This document shows, in pieces, positions 24,791-32,000 of a stretch of DNA of 32,000 nt. Both the position numbers and the translations under genes were made by a program. A model generated the notes under the pieces. The model ran no database searches, had not been told where the DNA came from, and was given only the letters and a program-made list of their open reading frames with translations. The DNA is taken from positions 4,140,001-4,172,000 of the forward strand of contig NZ_CP042905.2 of the NCBI RefSeq assembly GCF_008000775.2, written 5' to 3'. Within the stretch, counting starts at the first letter, position 1; each line of letters opens with the position of its first letter. This stretch comes from Promethearchaeum syntrophicum (GTDB lineage Archaea; Asgardarchaeota; Lokiarchaeia; Sigyniarchaeales; Promethearchaeaceae).

Positions 24791-26569
24791 TTAAACAACC
24801 TCCAACTCAGGTAATTCATAATGTTTCTCGAATAATCGTCTGTAATAAGGATTTTTTCTGATTAATTGTTCATGTGATCCCAATCCAACAATTTTACCAT
24901 CTTCCATAATAATTACTAAATCCGCTTTAGCGATAATTGCTAGCCGATGAGTGGTTATAACAGTTGTTCTGGTTCTAAGGATTTCAGAAATAGCCTTTTG
25001 AATTTTTACCTCAGTCCTTGCATCTAACGCGCTTGCACCATCATCCATAAGTAAAATTGAAGGGTTGAGCAATAATGCGCGCGCTATTGACAATCTCTGT
25101 GCTTGTCCTCCTGAAAGGCGCACGCCTCCTTCTCCAATCAAATTTTCAAATTTTTTGGGAAGTTCTAAAATAAAATCATTAGCTTCAGCAATTTTAGCAA
25201 CGTTTGTAATTTCTTCATCAGTTGCTTCAGGTTTCCCATAGCGAATATTATCCTTCACACTTAAATTAAAGAGAAAAATATCTTGTTCAACCGTTGTTAT
25301 ATTTTTCCTTAGAGATTTATTGGAATATTCGGAAATTGGCCTTCCACTGAGCAGAATTTCTCCTGAAGTTGGTAAGTATAACCTTTGTATTAATTTTGTG
25401 ATAGTTGATTTTCCAGAACCAGGTGGGCCAACTATTGCTATAGTCTGAAGATCTTCAACTCTGAATGAAACATTTCTTAAAGCGTAGGGTAATTCATCCT
25501 TATATCTAAATGATACATTTTTGAACTCAATAGTTGCATGATTACTTTCGAATTCGGTATCCCCATCTTCAAAAGCAGCAGGATCTTTTTCGCTAACAAT
25601 GTCATAAATTCTATCTGCAGATACCTTACCACGAATTAAAAACCACATCGTCCATTGTACTTCTTCACTCATCCCTGTGAGAAATGATACAAATCCAGCG
25701 ATTAGAATAACATCCTTTATGCTTACATCAAATAAACCCATGTATGCAAAATATATACTTAAGACGATCATTAACGCAGCATAAAATGTAACAACAAAAA
25801 TCGGATAGAACCAAGCACTCTTTGTTTGTTCTTTAATTACATTTTTTTGATATTTAATTGCAGTTTTTAACAGCTTTTTCTTTGACCACGGAGTAGCAAC
25901 AAATGATTTAATCTCCCGAACACCAGTTAAACTACTGCTTATAACCTCGGATATTTCAGCAAAATTTTCTCTTGCTTTAACACTCAAAGGAAGAATTTTT
26001 GTACTATAAATGAAAGTGGTTATTACAAAAATAATGAATACAATTACAGTGATAAGAGCTAGAATATAATGGATACTTATAGTGATAATAAAGGCTACAA
26101 TCCAAACAATTGTAACGTTAATGATAATTCTTACGGCAGGTGAGATCGCAATATTGATTGTCCGAGTATCTCCTGTTGCCCGTGCCATGATATTCCCAAC
26201 ATCTTTTGAATCATGATACGTTAAACTCCTGTATTGAAGAGATTCAAATAATTCTTGTGTAATATCGGTGGTTACCCTGTGAGCAAGCACTTCATTTAGA
26301 AAAGAAACTGAAAAATATAAAAATGCTTGCACAAATGCCAATCCTAATAAAAACCAGAGTTGCCCTTTTGCATTTGCTATTCCCCCTCCTTCTATCGAAA
26401 TTTCAATCACATTTGCCGTTATGGAAATTGGCAAAAGGAATATCAAAATCTCTATCATACCTCCAATTAGAACATAGAACGTTCTAAAGGGATATCGCAG
26501 ATGAAGCCGGGCAACCCATTTTAACGAATTCATATCTCTGTCGTATTTGAAAAGATTTTCTTCGCTCAA
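24791..26569 (-). CDS. ABC exporter half-transporter (TMD-NBD fusion), subunit A, with a non-canonical Walker B
   Basis: TTG start with GAGGT upstream. Motifs are GPPGSGKST (Walker A), LSGGQAQR (signature) and ILLMDDGASALD (Walker B with D-D instead of D-E). Confidence 0.9.
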   Translation of the reverse strand: MSEENLFKYDRDMNSLKWVARLHLRYPFRTFYVLIGGMIEILIFLLPISITANVIEISIEGGGIANAKGQLWFLLGLAFVQAFLYFSVSFLNEVLAHRVTTDITQELFESLQYRSLTYHDSKDVGNIMARATGDTRTINIAISPAVRIIINVTIVWIVAFIITISIHYILALITVIVFIIFVITTFIYSTKILPLSVKARENFAEISEVISSSLTGVREIKSFVATPWSKKKLLKTAIKYQKNVIKEQTKSAWFYPIFVVTFYAALMIVLSIYFAYMGLFDVSIKDVILIAGFVSFLTGMSEEVQWTMWFLIRGKVSADRIYDIVSEKDPAAFEDGDTEFESNHATIEFKNVSFRYKDELPYALRNVSFRVEDLQTIAIVGPPGSGKSTITKLIQRLYLPTSGEILLSGRPISEYSNKSLRKNITTVEQDIFLFNLSVKDNIRYGKPEATDEEITNVAKIAEANDFILELPKKFENLIGEGGVRLSGGQAQRLSIARALLLNPSILLMDDGASALDARTEVKIQKAISEILRTRTTVITTHRLAIIAKADLVIIMEDGKIVGLGSHEQLIRKNPYYRRLFEKHYELPELEVV

Positions 26570-26791
26570 AAAATTACCTCTTCGAATTAAATTAGGATTA
26601 AAATAATGTTTTTAGACTTGAAATGGAAAATAGAAGAAAATTCTGTTCGATCTACCGACATAAATAATTTAGAAAACCAACACAAAGATACCCCTATTAA
26701 ACTCATATTCCTCATTTTAACTTAGATAATATGGGGATGATATCCATTTATTTTATATCGAAATAAGGCTTATAATTTAGAATTTCTCGAT

Positions 26792-27061
26792 TTGATAAAT
26801 ATGACATCCGTGCAAAATTTTGATCAATGGTTATCTCACATTGAGATAATGAAGAATATGGCGAAAAGATCCAAAAATCCAGACGTTAAAGCTTTCTCTC
26901 TCCGTTTAGCTGCTCGGTATTATTATAAATCTGGAGAAATCGAACTAGCTCAAAAACTCATTAAAGAAGCATTAAGTTTATACCCATTAAACCACAGATA
27001 TCACCAACACACACTTAAAGAATTAACCAGATATAAAAATGAAAGCATCTTGAAGATCTGA
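26792..27061 (+). CDS. Small hypothetical helical protein (possible single TPR-like hairpin)
   Basis: ORF only. TTG at 26792 or ATG at 26801. No motif recognised beyond LAARYYYKSGEIELAQKLIKEAL. Confidence 0.45.
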   Translation: MINMTSVQNFDQWLSHIEIMKNMAKRSKNPDVKAFSLRLAARYYYKSGEIELAQKLIKEALSLYPLNHRYHQHTLKELTRYKNESILKI

Positions 27062-27079
27062 AATTCTACTAATATTGAG

Positions 27080-27088
27080 TTTTTTTTT
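27080..27088 (+). terminator. Oligo-T tract (T9) about 20 nt after the stop of the 26792-27061 ORF
   Basis: The sequence gagttttttttta lies downstream of tga at 27059-27061. Confidence 0.3.
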
Positions 27089-27147
27089 AATTCTGCTTTT
27101 TATAATCCCCAATAAATCTTTATTTAGAATTATTATTTCTTTATATT

Positions 27148-27384
27148 ATGCAAGATAATCAAAATAAGCAAGATAATCTTTCAAATGAAGAAAAATTCAT
27201 TCTAAAGACAATTAAAGAATCGGGAGAAAATGGAAAATCGATTTCATATAAGAATTTGCAAGATCTTTGTGCGGATGAGTTCGAAGGAGTCAGATTAATT
27301 CTCAAGAAATTAAAAGGAAAGAATTTGGTAGATTTTGATGGAATAATTCCAGGTTTCTCGAGCGTTATAATATTGGTTAGTTAA
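27148..27384 (+). CDS. Small winged-helix-like protein (MarR/RPC34-type WH pattern)
   Basis: NEEKFILKTIKESGENGKSISYKNLQDLCADEFEGVRLILKKLKGKNLVDF resembles a helix-turn-helix plus wing layout. Judged by eye only. Confidence 0.5.
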   Translation: MQDNQNKQDNLSNEEKFILKTIKESGENGKSISYKNLQDLCADEFEGVRLILKKLKGKNLVDFDGIIPGFSSVIILVS

Positions 27385-27401
27385 GAAAAAAGAATTAGTA
27401 A

Positions 27402-27806
27402 TTAATTTACGATTGGTCTTCCGAATTCATCTGTAAAAGTTCCCCCTACAACAGCACAAATATCAATTAACCATCCAATTCCAAAGAGTCCTCCGGTACA
27501 GAGATAAAGGAAACCCATACCGATTTTACCCGCATAAAAATGATGCAAACCAAGATATCCTCCAAAGAACCAAAGAATAATTAATACTCCTTGTGATTTT
27601 GGTGAAACATCTGAATTAGGATAATTTTCATTTACATATCTTTGATTGTAATTTGATTGAGGTTGAGCATATACTGGTGGTGGCTGAGCATATACAGGCT
27701 GTGGCTGCTGAGGTGGTTCTATAGGAGTTCCACAACTTTCACAAAATTTACCATCTGATGTTATTGGAGCCCCACAATTTGGACAATATTTCGCTATTTT
27801 TATCAC
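27402..27806 (-). CDS. Zinc-ribbon / P,Q-rich linker / TM2-domain membrane protein
   Basis: The zinc ribbon is CPNCGAPITSDGKFCESCG. The linker is PPQQPQPVYAQPPPVYAQPQ. The TM2-like pattern is LIILWFFGGYLGLHHFYAGKIGMGFLYLCTGGLFGIGWLIDI. Confidence 0.8.
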   Translation of the reverse strand: MIKIAKYCPNCGAPITSDGKFCESCGTPIEPPQQPQPVYAQPPPVYAQPQSNYNQRYVNENYPNSDVSPKSQGVLIILWFFGGYLGLHHFYAGKIGMGFLYLCTGGLFGIGWLIDICAVVGGTFTDEFGRPIVN

Positions 27807-27987
27807 CTAATTAGGTATATTTTACATGAGTTTTTTAATTTATTCTTAATAGGAATAAATCTAGTTTATCACGGGTTTTTTTGGGATTTTGTTTAAGATT
27901 TAAAATATTGTCGAAAGGTCTTTAAATCAAATAATTCAATAAATAATTATAATTTATTTGAGTTCTATCTCTCAATATGTGATAATC

Positions 27988-28338
27988 ATGGTTTCATTTA
28001 CAATATTTGTTGGTACCGGACCTTATACGACAGAACGGCCATATACGGCATTAAGATTTGCTTATACTGCATTATTAGACGAAAATACAGTGAAAATGTT
28101 TTTTTTTGAAGATGGAATATTTGCCTTGAAAAAAAATCAAAACCCCTCAGATATTTACAACCTTCAGGAATGGGTTCAAAATTGTTTTGAGGAAAAGGGC
28201 TTTGAAATTGCTGCTTGTGGTGTTTGTATGAAAGCCCGAGGAGTTGATCAAACGGAATTAATTGACGGGATACAAACAGGAACAATGGAAATGGCTGTTG
28301 AATGGACTAAACAAAGTGACAAGCAATTATTCTTTTAA
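27988..28338 (+). CDS. DsrE/DsrF-like (TusD-like) sulfur-relay family protein
   Basis: MVSFTIFVGTGPYTTERPYTALRFAYTALL...FFFEDGIFAL...AACGVCMKARG fits the family layout. ATG at 27988 is preferred over the track's TTG at 27958. Confidence 0.7.
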   Translation: MVSFTIFVGTGPYTTERPYTALRFAYTALLDENTVKMFFFEDGIFALKKNQNPSDIYNLQEWVQNCFEEKGFEIAACGVCMKARGVDQTELIDGIQTGTMEMAVEWTKQSDKQLFF

Positions 28339-28361
28339 TACTATTCATTGGAGCGCGAATA

Positions 28362-28586
28362 ATGGTTGATATAAAATTAGAAACATACAACAAGGTTTGT
28401 CCAATACCTGCAGCCATGACAAAAAAAGCGGCTATTAAGATGGAAAAGGGACAAACTATTCAAATAGAAGGCGATTTTTGTCCAGCGATTGAAAATGTTA
28501 TTCGAATGTTAGAAAAACATGGCTTAGAGATTACAGAAAAAGAGATAGCACCTGATTATTTTCGAGTCTGCGCTTTAAAAATGTAG
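28362..28586 (+). CDS. TusA/SirA-like sulfur carrier protein
   Basis: The CPIP (CPxP) motif lies near the N-terminus, the protein is about 74 aa, and a GAGCG/GGAG-like sequence lies upstream. It sits adjacent to the DsrE-like gene. Confidence 0.75.
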   Translation: MVDIKLETYNKVCPIPAAMTKKAAIKMEKGQTIQIEGDFCPAIENVIRMLEKHGLEITEKEIAPDYFRVCALKM

Positions 28587-28699
28587 AAAAGTTATTCTTT
28601 TTTTAATCAAATATATCAGATTTAAATATATGACTTTTGCCCGATTGCATTATATTATTAATAATTTTAATCAAATTGTAAAAAATAAGAGAAATATTG

Positions 28700-28798
28700 C
28701 GGGCCATGAGGGATTCGGACCCCCGACTTGCGGGTTTCTTCAAACATTTTTCAATATTTGTAAAAGCCCGACACGCTACCTGGCTGCGTCAATGGCCC
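28700..28798 (-). tRNA. Intron-containing tRNA, anticodon read as UUU (Lys), with a 25-nt intron at the canonical 37/38 position
   Basis: The reverse complement is GGGCCAT-TG-ACGC-AGCCAGGTA-GCGT-G-TCGGG-CTTTTA[caaatattgaaaaatgtttgaagaa]A-CCCGC-AAGTC-GGGGG-TCCGAAT-CCCTC-ATGGCCC-G. The acceptor stem is a perfect 7 bp, the D stem 4 bp and the T stem 5 bp (one G-U). The 27:43 pair is a mismatch, and the T-loop has C at position 55. Confidence 0.75.
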
Positions 28799-29058
28799 AT
28801 GGTTGATATTTTTTGTTTAACTCCATGAAAAATGCAATTTTAAAAATCATCAATTTCTTTTCAAAGATATTAAAGAGATACATGATTTAAGGGATTAAAC
28901 TAAGGAGTAGAGTTGTACATCTAATAAAAATTTTTGTATGGAATGGGAAGAAAAACTTTATTAGAGAGAATGTGTGGAATAACTGGTTATTAAATGATAC
29001 AATTCTCAAAAAATGCATGATGATTCTTACCAAGAAATTAAAATGAATAGGAACTGAT

Positions 29059-29697
29059 TTATAACACTGTGGTTAAAAAACTAATCCAAGTTCCTATGAG
29101 CAAAAACGCAATAAAATATTGAAAAAAATGATTTATTTTCACAAAACCATTTTTCAATGCTAATTTTGAATACTTTTTAATTGTTTCTTCTGGTAAAAAA
29201 ATCCCGGTATTCTTAAAAAATTCATGAAATCGGATCACAATACGTTTATTCCATTTAATGTATTGAACGATGAAATAAATAAAACCCACAGTTTCAGCTA
29301 TTATTAGAAATAGTCCTATAGCATAGATTGAGAATTTTTCAAGAATACCTGCAACGAAAAAAACAAGAAAAACTATTATCCCTTCTGTTATCAAAATTGG
29401 ATTAAATTTGTTGTAGTTATACTTATCTTTCCAGTCTATTGCACTATCACCGGCCATTTGTACAGCGATATAAGGAATTCCATGTTCGTAACTATTTGCA
29501 TGAATGCCGATTTTTAAAACATCATCCTGAATATCTAAATAGTGATCCAAATCATCATGTTCTATTGTTTCTTCGAAATCAGCAATTTTTGCTTTAGTAG
29601 GTTCTTTTTCACGAGTTTCATTTAATTTCACATCATAGAAAATTTTTAAGAGTTTATTTTCAGCTTCTTCTTTCGATAGCATATCAATCAAATCCAT
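29059..29697 (-). CDS. Tandem-array membrane protein paralogue, type C (divergent)
   Basis: It shares the family layout: EEAENKLLKIFYDVKL...ANSYEHGIPYIAV...2 TM...KWNKRIVIRFHEFFKNTGIFLPEE...C-terminal TM. Confidence 0.8.
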   Translation of the reverse strand: MDLIDMLSKEEAENKLLKIFYDVKLNETREKEPTKAKIADFEETIEHDDLDHYLDIQDDVLKIGIHANSYEHGIPYIAVQMAGDSAIDWKDKYNYNKFNPILITEGIIVFLVFFVAGILEKFSIYAIGLFLIIAETVGFIYFIVQYIKWNKRIVIRFHEFFKNTGIFLPEETIKKYSKLALKNGFVKINHFFQYFIAFLLIGTWISFLTTVL

Positions 29698-29717
29698 TCA
29701 TTTTTGATCTATTCTCA

Positions 29718-30326
29718 CTAAGAAAAAATAATTCCCCAACTTATGAAGAGAATGAAAACAGTAAAACCATGTATAGCATTAATAATTACAAAAGCATCAA
29801 GGAAAAGTTTTTTTGCATAATATTTTATTCTTTCTTCCGCTAAAAATATACCAGTGTTTTTAAATAACTCCCGAAATCGTAATAAAACACGTTTTTTCCA
29901 ATTTATTTTTAGAATTATAAAATAAATTAGAATTCCTGTTCCAATTATATCTATAATAATTGCTCCTAAAAGGGAATAAGATTTAACAAGCATTGCAAGG
30001 ATAAAAGTAATAAATGGGAGGATTGTATGGAATAATATATAAAGTTTCAAATATTTGGAAAAAATATCCTCATTCCAGTGTAGAGCACTATCATGAGCCA
30101 TATTTACTGCAAAATATGGAATTCCATGTTCATAATTATTTGCCCACATGGCTATTACTAGCTCGTCATCCTTTACTTTATAAAAATGCTCTTCAGGATC
30201 CGGAATATTTGTTTCTTCAAACATATCAATATTTGCATGGGAAGGGCGTTTTTTCAAATATCGATCCAATTTTACATCATAATAGATTTTTAGCAGTTTT
30301 TCTTCTGCTTCTTCTTTAGATATCAT
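29718..30326 (-). CDS. Tandem-array membrane protein paralogue, type A (copy 1)
   Basis: MISKEEAEEKLLKIYYDVKLDRYLKKRPSHANIDMFEET...HFYKVKDDELVIAMWANNYEHGIPYFAV...NWKKRVLLRFRELFKNTGI. Confidence 0.8.
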   Translation of the reverse strand: MISKEEAEEKLLKIYYDVKLDRYLKKRPSHANIDMFEETNIPDPEEHFYKVKDDELVIAMWANNYEHGIPYFAVNMAHDSALHWNEDIFSKYLKLYILFHTILPFITFILAMLVKSYSLLGAIIIDIIGTGILIYFIILKINWKKRVLLRFRELFKNTGIFLAEERIKYYAKKLFLDAFVIINAIHGFTVFILFISWGIIFS

Positions 30327-30328
30327 CT

Positions 30329-30943
30329 CTATGCTCCTTTACTGAATCCCATAACCCAGCTGATAACGAACAAAAAAATAACGAAACCTTGAAGTATAGT
30401 AATACCAATCAAATCAGAAAAACGTGATTTTGAATGTTTTTTTATTTCTTCTTCAGGTAAATTTATCCCTGTGTTTTCAAATAACTCTCTAAAACGAATT
30501 AAAACACGTTTTTTCCAGTTTATTTTTAATACTATGAAATAAATAATAATTCCTGTCCCCAGTATATTTAAGAGAATTGCTCCAATAAGTGAATAAAGCC
30601 TAATAAAACCTACCAAAGTCATAAAAATTAAGGGGATAATCAAATGAGAATTTATATAAAGTTTCATACGTTTTCGCAAAGAATCCTCACGCCAGTACTT
30701 TGCACTATCACAAGCCATAATTACAGCAAAAAAGGGAATTCCATGTTCATAGCTATTTGCAAACATTCCAATATTCAAAGTATCATCTTTAATACCAAAC
30801 CAATCATCTAAATCATCAGGATCTTTTGTTTCTTCGAAATCGACAATTTTCGCACTGGTAGGATATAAGTCAAAATAGCTATCCAATTTTACATCATAAA
30901 AAATTTTTAGCAGTTTTTCTTCTGCTTCCTCTTTTGATACCAT
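30329..30943 (-). CDS. Tandem-array membrane protein paralogue, type B (copy 1)
   Basis: MVSKEEAEEKLLKIFYDVKLDSYFDLYP...MFANSYEHGIPFFAV...NWKKRVLIRFRELFENTGI...SKSRFSDLIGITILQGFVIF...GFSKGA. The gap to the downstream gene is 2 nt. Confidence 0.8.
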   Translation of the reverse strand: MVSKEEAEEKLLKIFYDVKLDSYFDLYPTSAKIVDFEETKDPDDLDDWFGIKDDTLNIGMFANSYEHGIPFFAVIMACDSAKYWREDSLRKRMKLYINSHLIIPLIFMTLVGFIRLYSLIGAILLNILGTGIIIYFIVLKINWKKRVLIRFRELFENTGINLPEEEIKKHSKSRFSDLIGITILQGFVIFLFVISWVMGFSKGA

Positions 30944-30975
30944 GTAATCAGCTCGTTTGATTTTTATCTATATTT

Positions 30976-31581
30976 TTATGTGAATATTATTACCCAACTT
31001 AATAAGAGCAAGAAAAATGCAAAACATTGAATGGTATTAAAAGAAGAAAAATCATTGTATAGTCTTTTTGAATATTGTTTGAATTTTTCTTCGGAAATAC
31101 TTATACCGGTGTCATCAAAGAACTCTCTGTATCGGATTAAAACTCGTTTTTTCCAATTATTTTTTAACACAACGAAATAAATTATAACACCAGTTACTAT
31201 CAAGTTTATCAAAATTGCTCCAAAAAGTGATTTAGATTTAATAATATACCCTAAAAAAAAAAAGATTAAAGGTAACAGCATATGGGATATTGTATATATG
31301 ATTAAATATTTGGATAAAGGATCTCCACGCCAAGATTCTGCACTATCAATAGCCATATTAACTGCAAAAAAAGGAATCCCATGTTCATAGCTATTTGCCC
31401 ACATGGCTATTACTAATTCATCATCCTTTACCTTATAAAAATGCTCTAGATGATTAAGATCTTTCGTTTCTTCAAACATGTCAATATTTGCATGGGTAGG
31501 GGTTTTTTTCAAATAACGATCCAATTTTACATCATAAAAAATTTTTAACAGTTTTTCTTCTGCTTCTAATTTAGAAATCAT
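30976..31581 (-). CDS. Tandem-array membrane protein paralogue, type A (copy 2)
   Basis: MISKLEAEEKLLKIFYDVKLDRYLKKTPTHANIDMFEET...HFYKVKDDELVIAMWANSYEHGIPFFAV...NWKKRVLIRYREFF. Confidence 0.8.
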   Translation of the reverse strand: MISKLEAEEKLLKIFYDVKLDRYLKKTPTHANIDMFEETKDLNHLEHFYKVKDDELVIAMWANSYEHGIPFFAVNMAIDSAESWRGDPLSKYLIIYTISHMLLPLIFFFLGYIIKSKSLFGAILINLIVTGVIIYFVVLKNNWKKRVLIRYREFFDDTGISISEEKFKQYSKRLYNDFSSFNTIQCFAFFLLLLSWVIIFT

Positions 31582-31645
31582 CCTAATAAAAAATAATTAA
31601 GATGTTGGAATATATAAATCATAATAGTACTTGTTCCATATTGAT

Positions 31646-32000
31646 CTATACTCCATTACTGAATCCCAGAGCCAAGCTGATAATTAACAAACAAAAAATA
31701 ACGAACCCTTGAAGGATAGTAATCGCAATTATATCTGGGAAACGTGATTTTGAATATTTTTTTATTTTTTCTTCTGGTAAATAAATACCTGTGTTTCCAA
31801 ATAGTTCTCTAAATCGGATTAAAACACGTTTTTTCCATTTTATTTTCAATATAATGAAATAAATAATTATTCCAATTCCCAGTAAATTTATGAGAATTGC
31901 TCCAATACGAGAATAAAGACTAATAAAACCTACCAAGAATATAAGGATTATTGGAATAATCAAATGAGAATATGCATATAGTTTCATATGTTTAGCCAAA
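31646..32000 (-). CDS. Tandem-array membrane protein paralogue, type B (copy 2), partial: the N-terminal part lies beyond the right edge
   Basis: The frame is open to the window end. The track's initial M is an internal TTG. The sequence KHMKLYAYSHLIIPIILIFLVGFISLYSRIGAILINLLG...KWKKRVLIRFRELFGNTGI...SKSRFPDIIAITILQGFVIF...GFSNGV parallels residues from about 95 onward of 30329-30943. Confidence 0.8.
   Translation of the reverse strand, partial: LAKHMKLYAYSHLIIPIILIFLVGFISLYSRIGAILINLLGIGIIIYFIILKIKWKKRVLIRFRELFGNTGIYLPEEKIKKYSKSRFPDIIAITILQGFVIFCLLIISLALGFSNGV

Noticed and set aside
29016-29057. Candidate C/D-box sRNA on the + strand (ATGATGA ... CTGA)
   Set aside because: No convincing D' and C' boxes are present with 12-nt guide spacing. 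There is no terminal stem complementarity, and box-like strings are expected by chance in AT-rich DNA.
28587-32000. tRNA-adjacent integrated mobile element carrying the paralogue array
   Set aside because: No integrase or recombinase gene is present. By eye I found no direct repeat of the tRNA 3' end within the window. The array lies upstream, not downstream, of the tRNA on the same strand.

Overview
This is a visibly AT-rich, gene-dense window of archaeal type. Supporting signs are SD-like GGAGG/GGTG motifs before many starts, frequent TTG/GTG starts, an intron-containing tRNA, an Elf1 homologue and an AlaX-L editing protein. These are compatible with an Asgard/TACK-like archaeon, but that is inference only.

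Recognisable genes:
- Elf1-like zinc-ribbon factor
- galactokinase
- Sm-like protein
- Zn-ribbon DNA methyltransferase (motif order I then IV)
- AN1-zinc-finger/rhomboid-like protein
- FHA/site-2-protease fusion
- family-5 solute-binding protein with Ca-binding repeats
- surface protein with near-identical tandem domains
- AlaX, plus a duplicated 3' fragment of it
- heterodimeric ABC exporter pair
- DsrE/TusA pair
- tRNA (probably Lys-UUU) with a 25-nt intron

Most unusual content:
1. An eight-gene, tightly packed + strand operon (1790-10649) made almost entirely of orphan proteins. It is built around a classic AAA ATPase. It also encodes a coiled-coil protein shaped like an SMC/Rad50 head but lacking a P-loop, a tandem winged-helix (kite/ScpB/MAGE-like) protein ending in 13 x TTKKK, and an internally duplicated double Zn-ribbon protein.
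2. A small protein with a polyproline block followed by a WH2-like C-terminal motif (480-968).
3. A tandem array of at least five paralogous membrane-protein genes with a [B-A][B-A]-C organisation (29059-32000).

All functional calls come from motifs read by eye. No database search was possible.
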